Assembly: GCA_025201805.1 (NCBI GenBank)
Contig: MU619297.1
Span: 1 to 55,298 of the forward strand
DNA length: 55,298 nucleotides
Direction of reading: 5' to 3'
From: Parasitella parasitica NRRL 2501
Lineage: Eukaryota; Fungi; Mucoromycota
The notes under the pieces were generated by a model. It did no database searches and was not told the origin of the DNA. It worked only from the letters and a program-made list of their open reading frames with translations. Below are positions 35,974 to 49,967 of the stretch, piece by piece. How positions within the stretch are numbered: the first letter of the stretch is position 1; every line of letters starts with the position of its first letter. A program made the translations under genes and the position numbers.

Positions 35974-36815
35974 ATGAAGGTTATACAAAAAGGCAACAAG
36001 GGAAGTAGTCATTCCAACCCCAAGACTGCCAAAAATCAAGGACCAACGCAAAGTACTCCCCTCAGTGCTGGCAAGATCAAAAAGAAAATCAGAGACACTC
36101 AACGCACAATTAGTAAGGTAACGCAAAAAATATATGTGCAGTGGCGAAATAGATGGACTGATTTGCCGGGAAAACAGAAAGATTTGCCTGCAGATGTCAT
36201 TACAGAAGCCAAAAGACGCTTGCGTGTTTTGGAGTTTGATTTGGGAGAGAAGATAGTCGATGAACATGAGCGAGAAAACTCTACAAAATATCACAAGGTG
36301 AAGCATTTCGGTAAGACCAAGGGTTTGATTGTGAAGGATTGCACACGACTCATTGCAGACTAGAGCGTAAAAAGGTCCAGAGAAAATTAAAGCAATCCAA
36401 AAAAGCCGTGGAGGAGGGAAAGCCAGAGGATGAACTCAAGATGGCTCAACTTGAAGAAAAAGCAAAAGAGTGGCAGATTAAATTGACGTATGTTCTAAAT
36501 TATCCTAAAACATTGCCATATATATCGCTTTTCCCCAAAGAGAATGAAAACGATAGCAAGAGTCTAGCTAGAAAAACAAGATTACTCGGGGAAATTGAGC
36601 AAGCTTTGGCTGATGGAGACCAAGATTTGACATTATTAAAGAAGCGTTACCGTGATTCATACAAAGAAAAGCTGATTCAAAGAAAACTCATTCAGCCTGT
36701 CGCACCTGTGGATATTGAGGCAATGGATATAGAAAAGAAAAACCAAGATGCCAATGACAGTAGCAGTGACAGTGACAGCGACAACAACCAAGACGATTTC
36801 TTTGAAAAAGCATAA
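35974..36815 (+). CDS. EFG1: rRNA-processing protein Efg1 (3 exons)
   Basis: KIKKKIRDTQR...LPADV..EAKRRLRVLE...KYHKVKHF|ERKKVQRKLKQ...YVLNYPKTLPYISLF...DDFFE. Confidence 0.88.
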
Positions 36816-36968
36816 TTGAGGCAATAAAAATGAATATTGTTTGTAAATAGTATCAATCGGATTATTTTAATGTTTATTATATGTATCTACAAATGAATAG
36901 GGGGGGGGGAGGCGAAGATATTCACAGTTGTGCGTTTGCTGAATCATTAATCTGGCGATAGTTCTCTA

Positions 36969-38098
36969 CTAGATCAATGAGGTATTGTTGGTATTGGGCG
37001 TATTGTAATCATGGTGATAGGGAGGAGGATGCTGACCGTATGAGGGAGGCTGATGCTGAGCGGGTTGAGGAAGACCGTTCATATCAATCAAGGTGGTTTC
37101 TGGGTCTCCTGAGGTACCCATTCCTAACAAAATCGTATCTCTTTCTGTTCCGTAAGCTGGTGGAGGCGACAATGTGCCCTGCGAAGGAGCCAATCCCCAC
37201 TTCTTGACATTTGCCTCAACGAAAACAAAACCTGCTTGACCCAAATTCACATGTATCTGACAAGGGCCGTTTGCGCCGATTGTGGGAAATATGTTCCAAC
37301 TTAACCCTGCGCACGCTTCTTCCATTTTTCTTCCATTTCGAGTAAAGAAGATGGAACCAGTGCGATGTCTATACCCAACTCCAATCACATCACCATGTTT
37401 GTAAGGCAGTCCATACGGTTTATAATTGAACGGTGAGCTAAAGCACTTGCTCCCATTATTTGAAAAGTAGCCGATTGAGAAACGATTCCAACCTAAGCTA
37501 TAGTGTGAGGATTGCACACGAAATCGCACGTAATTCAACAAACCTGGTAATCTCCAGCTCGGAAATGGTTTCGTAGCAATACCAACTGATACTAACGTAG
37601 TCTCAGGTTTATCAAACATCTTTGCTTCCCAATAATATACTTCCTGGTTTCTTGGGAGCGGCAAATTGGTCTGTACGCAATTTTCTCCCTCCATAAATTG
37701 TATTTCTGTCCTGCCAGCCACAAAGCAATTTGCTTCGGGTTCCCATCCAAACTCAAATGCAGATACGCCTTTTTCTTGAATGGAGACCAACTGCGGAGGT
37801 GTGATGTCTGTTGGGACACTATTTGGGGGATAATGCTCCTGCCAGGCTGCTTCCGATTGTTAGTGCATGACAAGAGGGACGATTGCAGTAACTTACTTTT
37901 AGCTCTCTCGTAGCTCAGCCGAGCATCCTCTGATAAATTCGAAATATCCTGTTCAGAGTCTGATGGAATGTCCTCCAAGTCTCCGTTAAACGACAGTGGC
38001 AATTCAATTGGAGTTCTGGTAAAGAACAACAAGACAATAATCACCACAAAGAATACGACGATTCCAGTAGTGAATATCCAAGTATATGCGGATTGCAT
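36969..38098 (-). CDS. SSH4: Single-pass SPRY-domain Rsp5 adaptor (Ssh4/Ear1-like)
   Basis: N-terminal TM helix; IQEKGVSAFEF, CVQTNLPLP..QEVYYWEAKM, GDVIGVGYR, FFTRNG, HVNLGQAGFVFVEANVKKWGLAP; PPAY/PPSY/PPPY motifs. Confidence 0.88.
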
Positions 38099-38626
38099 GT
38101 TTGTGTAAATAAAGAGAAAGAAAGAGAGAGAGATAAAAATAAAAATGTCGGTGCGACCAATTAAATATAATTTGAAATCCAATAAAATTCTATTTTCCCA
38201 TATCGGTTAACCTGTTTTTTGATTGCTATAATGTCTTTACCCAAGTGTGCCTGTTGTGGGCAATTCAGTCTAAACTCTGGGCCATTTTATACCGGTATCA
38301 CGCAAAAAAAACCCTCCAAAACCGTACCCTGCCATTTATAGGTCTGCATACTTTGACGTCCAGCATTGGACGCAAAATAGAGCATTTTTCTCGGATTGCA
38401 TATAGCACTATAATAATTTGATCGGCCTCAAAGAAGAATCTATATTCATACACAATATTCATACCCAAAGCAATTCTTCCATCTATTCGAGAGCTTGATA
38501 AAATGAGAGATCCGCCCCTGGAGGCCATATATATTCGATAATGAGCCCAATTTTCCCAACTGCATGCAAGTAGAACAAAGGCTGCTACATTTGGCCATCC
38601 AAAAACAAAAAGTTTATTTAAATAGA

Positions 38627-41600
38627 TTATGACAGTGTAATAAACTCACTCAATGCGTGAGCCTCAAGCGGCTTCAGATACCTTCTTTTGAGCAGCTTGT
38701 ACAATTCGCCGTACAAAATGGTAAACCCAGCTATGGCTACAACAATAGCCCATTCCCATGTAATCCAGAGCATATAAAATCCTTTAATGGCTACATTGGG
38801 CGCATAGTAAAAGATGATTAAACAACCAATATCAAACAGCAGAGTGTATAGAATAGTCTTGCTTTTCATGGTTTCTTTCAGTTTACGTATGCTCCATTCT
38901 GGATCACGGTAGGACCGACAATGAATCATCAAAACCAGCGATGAGCATGTAATTACCGCCAAAAACAGGCCTCGTCCACGGAAGAAAGACTCGCAGGTAT
39001 TGAAATCAAAGTTGGCTTCGCACTCAACGCCCTCTATGCCATGGTGACCGCCTGTGTATAAAGGAATCACAAAGCCAGTTAAAGAAACAGCCGCAAGACC
39101 CAGCGAATAGACGACAAGGTCCATTATGATCTCTCTATTAAACAAACTTTCTTTAGGTGGTCTTGGTGGCTCCAGCATGACAGTTTTAGATGCAGGCTGA
39201 ATGGATAACTCGCCAGCAGGAGGAGTAATTGCCAAATACAAAAACAGCATTTGAATGGTAGATATGGGAGATACGCTTCTATTATTAGGGTCGCGGATAG
39301 CCAAGCAAAAGATCAGCACCAACCAGAGACCCAACAAAGCAATCCAGAAATAAAGTAAAAAACGTTGCATGTTTTGGTAGATGCGACGGCCTTCAGCAAT
39401 GGCGCGAATAATGGTGGCAAAATTGTCATCAGTTAGGATAATGTCTGACGCTTGTTTTGCAACATCACTGCCGTTTTTACCCATAGCAATACCCACATCA
39501 GCTATCCGCAAAGAAGGCGAATCATTGACGCCGTCGCCTGTCATGGTAGAAATGTTATTGCGACGTTTAGAGGCGAGGATCATTTTGACTTTTGTTTCCG
39601 GGCTACATCTTGCCACAACAAACGGCAAATCAGGAAGAGCATCAATCTCCTCTTCGGTCAGGGCATCAAATTGCGGGCCTGTCATGACAAGCTGCTCGAG
39701 TATCTTGGGTGTCATTGTCTTTTCATTCAAAATATTCAGCTCTTTGGCGATAGCAGTAGCAGTGATAACGTGGTCGCCAGTTAGCATATGAACAGATATG
39801 CCCGCACGATGAGCTTCTTTGACAGCTTGGCGTGATTCTGCACGAGGAGGATCATAAATACCAGTGATACCGGCAAAGGTCAAGTCGTATTCGATCAACT
39901 GTCGTCCATTACTTGTGTGCACAAGACTGGAATCGACATTCTCACGATAAGCCATAGCTATAACTCTCAGGCCCTTGGAAGCTAATGCTTCGACGTGCTT
40001 CATAATCTCGTCCTGAGATGCTTGATCAGGCACATTTTTGCATAGTGGAAGAACACGCTCAGCAGCACCTTTAGTAAAGACACATGTATGATTCAGTGGA
40101 CGATTGTACCATACCGTAGACATGTATTTGATAGTAGAATCAAACTGATACTCTTCGAGCATCTCCCATCCATCTTGTTCTGTCAACGTTGGCTTGCCTT
40201 TACCGAATTTATGTGCAAAAACTTGTAATGCTACTTCAGTTGGAGCACCACTGGCAATCCAATCGTCAGACTCGGTGTCATCGTCATCGTCATCGTCACC
40301 GTCAGTAGTCTCCAGAACAACAGAAGTGTTTGATTTCTTCTTCCCGAGCACGTTTTCGCTATGATGAACCACCACGGGCTGCTCTTCCTTTTTACGAATA
40401 AAAGACATGTTACATAGGGCAGCACATTCCACTAAGCGGTTTGTCTCATGGGATAGTTTCACCTTTTCGACCAAGGTAGATTTTTCAAAGTCGACTTGTT
40501 CGTCGTCGACAGAACCAAACGTCTGGTAAATGTCGCCCTGAGGAGCAAGACCATTAGGAGTTACGAAAAAATAGCCTTCTTTAGGTGTCCAAAAGCGAAC
40601 GACCACCATCTTTGCCATGGTCAATGTACCAGTTTTGTCAGAGAAAATGTGCGTAACAGAGCCCAAGGTTTCCAAGACTTTGAGTTTTCTGACAATGGCT
40701 CGCTGCTTGGTCATTTCTTTACCACCCAGGACAAGAGTAACTGTCATGACAGTCGTGAGCCCTGCAGGCAACACGCTCAAAGCACACGTGAGAGCATACA
40801 TACCCACATCTCGATCTATCTGAAACTTGACAGACCCCAGCACAATAATAACAGAAACTACAGCAGTACAGAGAAGAGCAATATACATTTGATTCATGCT
40901 CTTTTGAATGCGAGTACGATCACCATCATTACCCGCGTCGGACAATTGAGATGCCACCTTGCCAATTTCAGTGTTCATACCAGTGCCTGTGACAATGGCT
41001 TGACCACGGCCTTTGCTGATGATAGTGGAGCTGTAGACCATGTTGATGCGGTCGCTTAGTGGCTCATCTAAAATATTAAAAAGTTAGTAGCTGAATACAC
41101 TCCATGTATATTCACGGGCAAGTTGATTAACCTTTTTTGTCCAATACACCCAATTGCTTTTGCACAGGAAGGGATTCACCTGTCAAAAGGGCTTCGTCTG
41201 TTTCTAGATTAGACAGCTGCACCAAGCGGGCATCTGCAGCTGCTGAATCACCTTCTTTGATCAGCAAAATATCGCCAGGCACGAGCTGCTTACTATCGAT
41301 TGTTTGCTCCATTCCGTTTCGGATGACATCGGCCCGAGGGCTACTCAGATCTCTCAATGCAGCCAATGTTTGCTCCGCTGCATATTCTTGCTGAAACGAT
41401 AAAAATGTGTTGACAATGGCTACAACGATCAACAAACTACCCGTAATGAAATCGCCTAGTACGTACGAAACTACGCCCAAAATGATGAAAATCCAATTCA
41501 TGATATCAACCAGCTGTCTGATGAGAATTTTGACCCATGTCACCCCTCCATCAACTGACAATTCATTCAGGCCGTATTTTTGCTGTCGGGCAGTAACTTC

Positions 41601-41717
41601 TTCATGAGATAAGCCATGGCTAAGTGATGTGTCCAATTGATCTGCCACCTCTTCAGCGGTCTTGGTATGCCAGCAAATTTCTGTTCCTTGATCTGCTATT
41701 TCTATCGCTTTTGGCAT
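38627..41717 (-). CDS. P-type IID (ENA-like) cation-transporting ATPase with atypical membrane motifs (2 exons)
   Basis: TDEALLTGES, FSDKTGTLT, KGAAE, DPPR, MLTGDH, TGDGVNDSPSL, IAEGRRI; ENA-like overall, but M4 reads LPAGL. Confidence 0.88.
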
Positions 41718-42541
41718 TCTCAATCAGATGAAACAAAACAAAAAGGAGAGAAAAAAAAAGAGAAGATTTTATATCGATTTTCTTCAAGTTCTAACACGAA
41801 ATGGTGCAACACAAGACTGTGGTTCAATCATCAGGTTGTGGGCCATCATGACTGTACATGGCTCCGTTTTCTGTGCGTCATATGTATATCCTACTGTAAT
41901 GTTTTGTAAAGTATAATCATCATGCTTTTCGAACGCAACACAGTATAAGGCACAAACAAAATCTGATGGATATGCGCCGCATTACACTGTTTTTCCTGGC
42001 TTGAAAAGATTGATCCACGACATTTCAATTGATCGGGATCAAATGAATTGTGATTATTTGTCGCGGACATCTCAAATTTGAAAAACTAAATGGTACGTAT
42101 GCTTCACAATTAGCATTTAAGGTATCAATAAGCCTAATTACAGACGTTTAGTCGCAACCCAACATTTTCTTCTAGCCGCAAGTTACTTGAAAGTTTTGAT
42201 CCACAATTTGTCCTCAATACATACGTACCATGAGATGAAAAATCAATAATCTACAGACGTATATCGCATCATGAATTGTCAGCTTTTTTAGACATCTTTT
42301 TCTTATTTTCGATATGAAGTGGAGACCAAGGATGAATTGTCATGTAAAAGGATGTTTTACAAGAAATGATACTTGCAGAATAATTAAAGATCTTGATCAA
42401 GTTTAAAATCATCCTAGCAATTTTTAAGGATTCATTAAATGAATGGATAATTTCTATCACATATTTTTGTATGCATATCTCTATCTTTTTTTCTTTTTCA
42501 TTTCCTTTTTTTTTTGTCATTTCAAGAGATATCTAAATACT

Positions 42542-44648
42542 ATGACTTCCGTAGCAGCGAGTAGTCCATTGACACCATCTGCAAGTACTTCGTTGTTATC
42601 CCGGAGACGTTGGCTACGAGGCCCTAGAATTGTACCTCTGAAAATCACCACTGCTGCTGCTCTATGCCAACAAGATACAACCTCGGTTACCAGCTCAACA
42701 ACTGCTATCGGATCACCGTCATCTGTAAAACTGCTATTTCCCTCACTCTCCATGTTCAACTTACCATCAGCAGCTATCACCCTACCCTCAGCAGTAGCCA
42801 AAGAATCAATGCCACCGCCACAGTTTGCAGTGAATCACACTAAACGACATCGTATCATAAAAAGGCTCAAGACTCGAAAACGCTTACAGAAGGCATACCC
42901 GTCCGCTTTCGAGACATATTTGTTTGACGATGCCTTGCCTGGCTTACCTAATCATGGTATACGGCCTGTGCGTTTACTCCTGGAGCGACTGCAAGCGTGG
43001 CACATGCTTGCTAAACGTTTATTACGACATTTTGAGTTGTTGGCTTCGGTCGAGCATCGAGTGTCCAAAACATACCGCGCACTGGACAGAGTGCCTATAT
43101 TTTCAGCCCCCAAGAAGCACCTGAGACGTATCGCTACCCACAAGAGTCGTCGCAAATTTTACAGAGATGAACGTTTACTCAAAATTCACTTTGCCTTTCA
43201 GGGCGGTATTCGAGGCGTGTGTGATGCATGGCAACATTACCACAACGATGCAGCTAAAGACCACGCTGAATTTGCTACTTTCCTGCGCAATGAAGCTATA
43301 CCGACCTTGTCCAACATCAAGCGAGAACTCAAATGGATGATCAAATCGATTAAAGACGATGATCGTTTATCACTGCGCGCACTAACATCGCTTAAAAGAG
43401 AAGCAGCGAAGCGACTGAAGCGACTAGACCGACAATTGGTGTTCTTTGATGAACATCCGTATCACGGCTATACCAAAAAAGATCCTTGGTTAATGAATGC
43501 GGGTAAGGTTAGCGATTTATATCGATATTTTCATCTAACATGTGCAGTGCGCCAATACCGTAGCTGTCGTCAAGCAAATGGTCAAAGTGTATCGGCAAGA
43601 AAACAAAATTCACGAAACCGTACTGAGGTTACAGCGAGAAACATTAATATCAGAGGAGCAGTTGGTAGAGGAGTTCAGACGTCTTTGTCAGCACATTTAC
43701 AATATGAGAGATCAGTCTACGTTGGGCATTGACAGCGGGCTGCAGAATATTATGACAGCATTCGACACTGTGCAAATGGACAGCGACTGGATCAACTTTA
43801 GTAAACTTAACGAGGCACATTTGATATCTGAGCAGGCAGCTTTCCGCCATCCTGACCACTTGCAGTATCCAAACCACTCCCACACGCTGCTACAGCCTAT
43901 ATTTGCTGCACGCATGGAGCGTAAATCAATTGTGCTTCATCACTGGCATGAGTACATCTACGTCTTGACACATGCGGGTTTCTTGCACGAGTATCGCAAT
44001 GCTTCAAACTACCCTGCCCGACCTGACGTTTCTATTTACGTGCCTCACTATAAGGTGTCGTCGCTCTCAACAAACTTGCATCATAATCTCGTCTTCCAGT
44101 TACAGCCTCACAAAGCTTCCAGAAATATGCTGAAAAACAATGGCTGCAGTACATTGCCGAAAGCGTTGAGAACATCGAAAACTAGGTGGGGTTGCAATGA
44201 TCGGTGGACTTGGACATTACGTGCAAAGTCAGCACAGGACATGGAGACTTGGATACAGCATTTGACTGAAAGTTCTGAAAGATACCGCCCTACTGCTGTC
44301 AATATATTGCCCCGCTCTCATCCTGAGATCGTCGTTAGTCCCGCTGCTGAAGAAACAGAAGCGGAGGAGCAAGAGGAAACAATATCAGCACCATCAGAAT
44401 CTGAATTGGTGGTGGACGATGAACTACAATCTCCTCCTGCAACTGAACAAGAGGACCTCACCGCCGATACAAACGTAGATGAACCACCTAAAGCCGAAAC
44501 AGCTTCAGAAGAGCTGCCCACTGAAGAAACGCCAAAAGAAGAGGTGGCTGCTCCTGCTGCAGAAGAGCAAACCATATGCGATGCTTTCGTTACTGGAAAC
44601 GAGGAAAAAATACAGGAGACACAGGCAGACAACGCTGTTATTGAATAA
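42542..44648 (+). CDS. Slm1/Slm2-like BAR-PH domain protein (2 exons)
   Basis: LLLERLQAW...DPWLMN helical region, PH domain (MERKSIVLHHWHEYIYVLTHAGFLHEY...WTLRAKSAQDMETW), acidic tail; intron 43503-43563. Confidence 0.75.
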
Positions 44649-44701
44649 AAATCTATATAGTTTATTACATCTATTTACAAAATTGCTTCAAGTAACAAGC
44701 G

Positions 44702-45198
44702 CTAACTACTGTTTTTGGCCAGACTGATTAAATGCGCTGATGAAGAGACAATATCAAGAGCACAGTATTTGTTTGCAATCAGAAATTGATGGTTCAGCAT
44801 GCTTGACCACACGGTAGTTAGTTCACTAAACAAAGTATTCAGTTATTTTGCTGCATACTGCATATGGCATTGAGTGAATACCTCTGCTTTACTTTGATAA
44901 TGCCTTCATTTCGGTACTGGTTCCAATCCAAAACGTCAACATAACAAGAAGCACCCACTTGTCCAAAAATAGACTGCAATGCTTGCTGAATACTCATTCG
45001 AAAAGACACCTCTGTGATCTCAACGTCTAGTTCCTCATCAGACCATCTATATCAAATGACTTTAGATGGATATTACTTTAACTCTGCTGCCTCTTTTGCT
45101 CTCTGTCTTTACATTTTAACTTTAAGATATTGCCATTCTTGAATAGGCTTCAAGTTTTTGAACCAAGGCTTGGCGTTGGACGTATTTGCAGCTGACAT
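44702..45198 (-). CDS. RNase P/MRP subunit of the Pop8/Rpp14 (Pop5-fold) family, 3 exons; absent from the ORF track
   Basis: Spliced: MSAANTSNAKPWFKNLKPIQEWQYLKVKIWSDEELDVEITEVSFRMSIQQALQSIFGQVGASCYVDVLDWNQYRNEGIIKVKQSELTTVWSSMLNHQFLIANKYCALDIVSSSAHLISLAKNSS*; I..AL..FG.VG...VDVL and SSSxxLxSL match the family. Confidence 0.82.
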
Positions 45199-45208
45199 GG
45201 ATAAAGCG

Positions 45209-45225
45209 ATATATATATATATATA

Positions 45226-45292
<67 letters not shown>
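45209..45292. repeat. (TA)n microsatellite followed by a poly(A) tract of about 64 nt
   Basis: Directly visible immediately upstream of the POP8-like ATG. Confidence 0.9.
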
Positions 45293-45295
<3 letters not shown>

Positions 45296-45955
45296 GCAGC
45301 ATCAACGCTTGATGCTTCTAGTCACATATGCTTGACTGTAAGGAAAAGTTACACCAACACTGTTTTGGAGGAGTGCAATGATGAGCCAAGGCTGCACTGC
45401 CACTTAATATACTTGCTTTATGTTTTGACAAGGAGCTTGTCTAAGCAAGATTGAAAAACAAAGAGCCTAGTAACTATCAATCTGACGCTTAGGGATCGTA
45501 ATTCAAATGTAAAATGGCCTTGACGAAACTGTCTTTAACATTTTGTTCTTTATATACAGCTGATTGAATGTATGGACTTGTTGGAGTTCTGTAGCTATGA
45601 TCTTTCAGGACTGAGGGCTGACATGACCAGATTAATCTGTCAAGGCTGTTGAGGGGTTACGCAGAGCAAGGCATCGCAATGTTTGTTTACCTCGTTTAAA
45701 TGAGATGTCGGGGAGTTCCAAATACTTTTTGATCCTTTCGAGGTGATGCATTGTGTAGGACTACAGATGTGTAGTTCCTCATCAAGTGATTTTCGCTTTT
45801 CGATGCATCGCAAATACACTTTTTGACGTTAGATGTTGGTGCTGAGCAAGTTTCAACTACCGAAGCCCTTCCTCCTGTTCGTCATCGAGATCGTTCTTCT
45901 TCTTTCCCCTTTACTTGCTCTTTTCATTTTATATATTTCTCCATATATACACTAG

Positions 45956-46756
45956 ATGGAGATAAACTTCATTTCGATTTACGACAATTCGGCAAAGGCA
46001 AAGTATCTATTTGTATCTGAAAGCGTAACCGATGTTTTGGGTTACCTGCCAGAAGAATTGGTGGGCGAATCTGGCTACAACGTAACACATCCTGATGAAA
46101 GGCAGGCTCTTGGAATGATCCACTCAGCTAATGTGCAAACCGAGCGCATGTCGAGCGTAATATCGTATAGAGCAAGACACAAGAACGGTCATTACGTATC
46201 GTGCGACGTTGTAATCCATTATTGCTACAATGTGTTTATTTGTACAAACTTTGCATTGGTATCAAGCGATTGCGTCAAGCACAACATGCGAGCAAACACA
46301 GCAGATGAGGTGTTTGTGATACAACTAGACGGCTCGATTCAACTCGCGGGCGTATGGAATGGCTCACAGAAAAGAATGAAAAAGACTCTCACCAAAAAAT
46401 ATCCTTGGGATGTCAATAATAACGTCTTGACTAAACATGAGCCTAGATTTTCCATATTCATCAATCGGTATACAAAAGAATCATTGATTGTATTCGCCAC
46501 GCAAATGTGCGAATCCATGGTTGGAATGAACCAAGAGCACTGTATTGGACAGTCATTATACGAATACATAGCGCCTCAAGATAAAGAAAACGTCTTCAAA
46601 TCGATAGAAATGTCAAAATCGACTGATATCATCAACCGACTACGATTCAATTGGCTTCGGCAAGATACGCAAGAATTGATACCCCTTGAGGCTGTAGTAA
46701 GCTGCACAAACGACGGCTTGGTTTTTGTAGCGCGCGCAAGATATCCAACCATTTAG
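45956..46756 (+). CDS. Stand-alone tandem PAS-domain protein
   Basis: PAS-A: YLFVSESVTDVLGYLPEELVGESGYNVTHPDE; PAS-B: IVFATQMCESMVGMNQEHCIGQSLYEYIAPQD...CTNDGLVFV. No output domain. Confidence 0.85.
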   Translation: MEINFISIYDNSAKAKYLFVSESVTDVLGYLPEELVGESGYNVTHPDERQALGMIHSANVQTERMSSVISYRARHKNGHYVSCDVVIHYCYNVFICTNFALVSSDCVKHNMRANTADEVFVIQLDGSIQLAGVWNGSQKRMKKTLTKKYPWDVNNNVLTKHEPRFSIFINRYTKESLIVFATQMCESMVGMNQEHCIGQSLYEYIAPQDKENVFKSIEMSKSTDIINRLRFNWLRQDTQELIPLEAVVSCTNDGLVFVARARYPTI

Positions 46757-47027
46757 TCTGCCTTATAATATTCCCCCCCCCCCAAATAAACATTTCTCTT
46801 CCATATTTTGGAAACTCTTTAATCGCACATGTAACAGTCTCACTGAAGCTTGATATATTAAGGAAGGGGGGGGGGGAAAGAACACCTAATGCCTTTTACG
46901 GGTTGAACGTCGCTTAAAAAAAAAATCATGCTAGAATTTGTATACATGTAACATAATTTTATTTGAACAATGAGGGAAGGAGGTGCGAGTTTGTGTATAT
47001 GTGTGATGATGAGGCGAATAGCTTAGC

Positions 47028-49340
47028 TTAGTCCAAATCATCGTATGATGCTGCTGCTCTTTTTCTTCGTTCTGAACTCTTTTTGCTTCTCTTGGCTTTC
47101 ACTTTCTTGTGGCCTGCCTCAAAAGCCATTGCTTCACGGTGATCTCTACCAAGAATATCGTAATCCTTTACTTTGTAAATTCTGACAATCCAGTTTTCCG
47201 AAGTGAAAGCTTCATCCAATACTGACAATTCAGGTCCTTTCATTGGAAGTGGTTGATTACGTACACGATCGTAGGGTTGACGTCCACCAAACACTTCGTT
47301 GAAACGATAATAACTCATCTTGTACATCAGTGAATCCTTCATCGCTTGAGACGCCTGGTCATCCACTCGATATTCACCTTGAGCAGTAAAGAAATCCGAT
47401 TCCTTGATTTTATCGGGCCAAATACCCTGAGCAATACGGATCATCCAAAGAAATTTGTTGATATCGTCGCCAGAATAGCCCAAAAGACCACCGAAAATGA
47501 CCAAAACGTAGTCGACATCATGCTTCTTCATGATTTCATATGAATCAGCTTCGTTGGTGGACATGGCACGGCCCACAGTAGCAATATGAGTGTTGTTCCA
47601 TGTATTGTTGTCGACAAGAGTAGTGCGGTTAGAGAAGCCAGCAATTTGATAACCATAATCCCACCATGACATGATTTTGGCATCTTCGTCCGTGTTCTTG
47701 CGCAGCCAGTAGTATGCTTCTCTGAAATCGTCGATAATACGTTGGGAACCATCTGGATTGCGGGAAGCGAGTACAACAGAGGGAGAAGAGTAAGCATTTG
47801 AAGTGACCCAAGTACAGTGCCAGACAAACATAAAGAGGAAAAAGACAAATGTGCTAACAATAATGATGCGATTATCATTACCAATGATTCCAGACATCTT
47901 GCTTTCTTTCTTTTCTTTCTTGGTGGGAGATTTCTTCTTCTTTTGCGCTTCAGCGTGGGTGACGGCAGAAGCCTCAGTGCTGGAGAAATCAAGGTAAGTA
48001 TCAAGCAGCGTAGAAATTGCCATACCGCCGCAAATGCAAACAATGGGAGTTAGGGTCAGCATTAAACGGACCATGACACCAGCAAAGTAGGAGGCAAAGA
48101 TGCTGTAGACAATGACAAAGACATGCTCATCGCGCAATGCTTGGAAGCACAAGTAAACACCAACAGGGAAGACAAAAATAAGCATCTGTAAATCGAAAAA
48201 GAACATGGGCCATGCAGTGGGCTGATGTTCAGAGACAGACGCAATGATGGGAATGTGGATTTTGGCATAGCCCGTATCCCAGAGAGAGTAGAAGCGGCCA
48301 GTCCAAGGAGCAATGTAGCCGCCCAGAGTCAGGGCTACTAGAGCAGCAAGGCCCAAGACAAATGTAACGCCTACAAATGCCTTGAGGAGGATTTGAAACT
48401 GCTTGGCTTGCAGATGGCTACGCATCAAATTAACAAAACCCATGATCTGACAGAGACCAAATACACCCAATGCAGCCATGTGCTCTGATGTGCGAGTGGG
48501 CTGGAAACCGACAAAAGGGATTTGCATTGACATCAATGTACCCAAAATGTAAAATGTGGAGTAGGATACATAAATGCGGTTCGAGAAACGACCCATTAGC
48601 ATCAAAACAAACACATGGAGCGGTATGATATTGATAATAAAGACATACCCGCCCCAAGCGGCAACCATGTAAAAGTAGAAGAAGGCTGCAGCTGATGCCC
48701 AAAGAGCAGAACCCAACTTGAGAGCCTTGATCCAAAGGTAGAATGTAAACATCAACAGGAAGATAGCAATAGCTTCATTGTCGTAGGAGCCGGCAACAGA
48801 GCGAGAGATGTAGCCTGGAGCAATTCCCATAAAGACAGCAGCCAGCAAGCCTGCAGAGCTATCTTTCAATTCCTTTGTCAACAAATAAGTCGCAAAAGCA
48901 GTTAAGCCAGAGAACATTGGCGCTAAAAGGACGCAAATGTTGCGGATGTCTACTGGAAAATGAAAGTAGTGAAGTATGTTGTGAATGACAGCTGCTGTAA
49001 CCATCAGCCCGGGATAAATAGTGCCTCCTACAACGCGTCCAAGTGGATACCATGAACGGTCATCAAACCAGTTCCAAAATTCATAAAAGCCATTTGTCAC
49101 CAACATGCGAGTAGCACGATAGTTGAACCTAACATAATGTACAAACCGAGTTTTCGTTAATTGCATGTCATTAACAAAGCCTGCTGCTGCCTCTATCCAT
49201 TACCAAGGGTCAAATTCGTGAATGATAGATTCATATCGAACAATACTGAAGAGACGTGACGAGAATGCTACAACGGCAATTAAGCCGAGAATGGCTCTTT
49301 TCAAAAGTATCTTTTGGCTGCTGACATCCAGCTTGGCCAT
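47028..49340 (-). CDS. STT3: Oligosaccharyltransferase catalytic subunit (2 exons)
   Basis: [10 protein letters not shown]|[44 protein letters not shown]. Confidence 0.97.
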
Positions 49341-49967
49341 ATTATTGTATTTAAGGTATGTAATGTGTTGAATAAAGGAGAGAAAAAGCCTACCACACCA
49401 CAAAAAAATTAAATATTTAAACGCTTGGCTTTATTGAAATAGGTACATTTGAAGTGGTTAATTACAACCTATGAAATCGCATTAAATCAATCAACGCCGC
49501 ATGACGTGTAAAGCCATTTTACGTTTGATACTTGACACTCTACACGGCAAGGCAACTGATGTATTCAACTGAAGGAGAGATAGAGGTAGGATGCCAAGAT
49601 GATTTGCTCTGATGCATGCAGATCTATTACGAAAGGAGGATTACACACTATTTTCTAGAGTTTTCGAATTCAAACTTCAGCCAAATCAAGCACGTTCAGA
49701 TAATCCATTGCTCAGACATCTACCAAACAAACTCTATTTGAGGGAAAACTATCAGTGATGCTAGAAAACTAGATGGGTACAGTTGGATTCATGCTGGCTT
49801 CTTTGGTTCGATAGTAACATATATCATCATGATTACAACATCATGGTGACCGTATATTGAATTACGCGCCAGCCTGGTTTAAATAAGGGATCCTTAAAGG
49901 CTATTGAGGAGCCTTTTCTTTAATTAATTCATACAAAATAAAGAAGAAAAAAAAAAAAGAGTATAGC

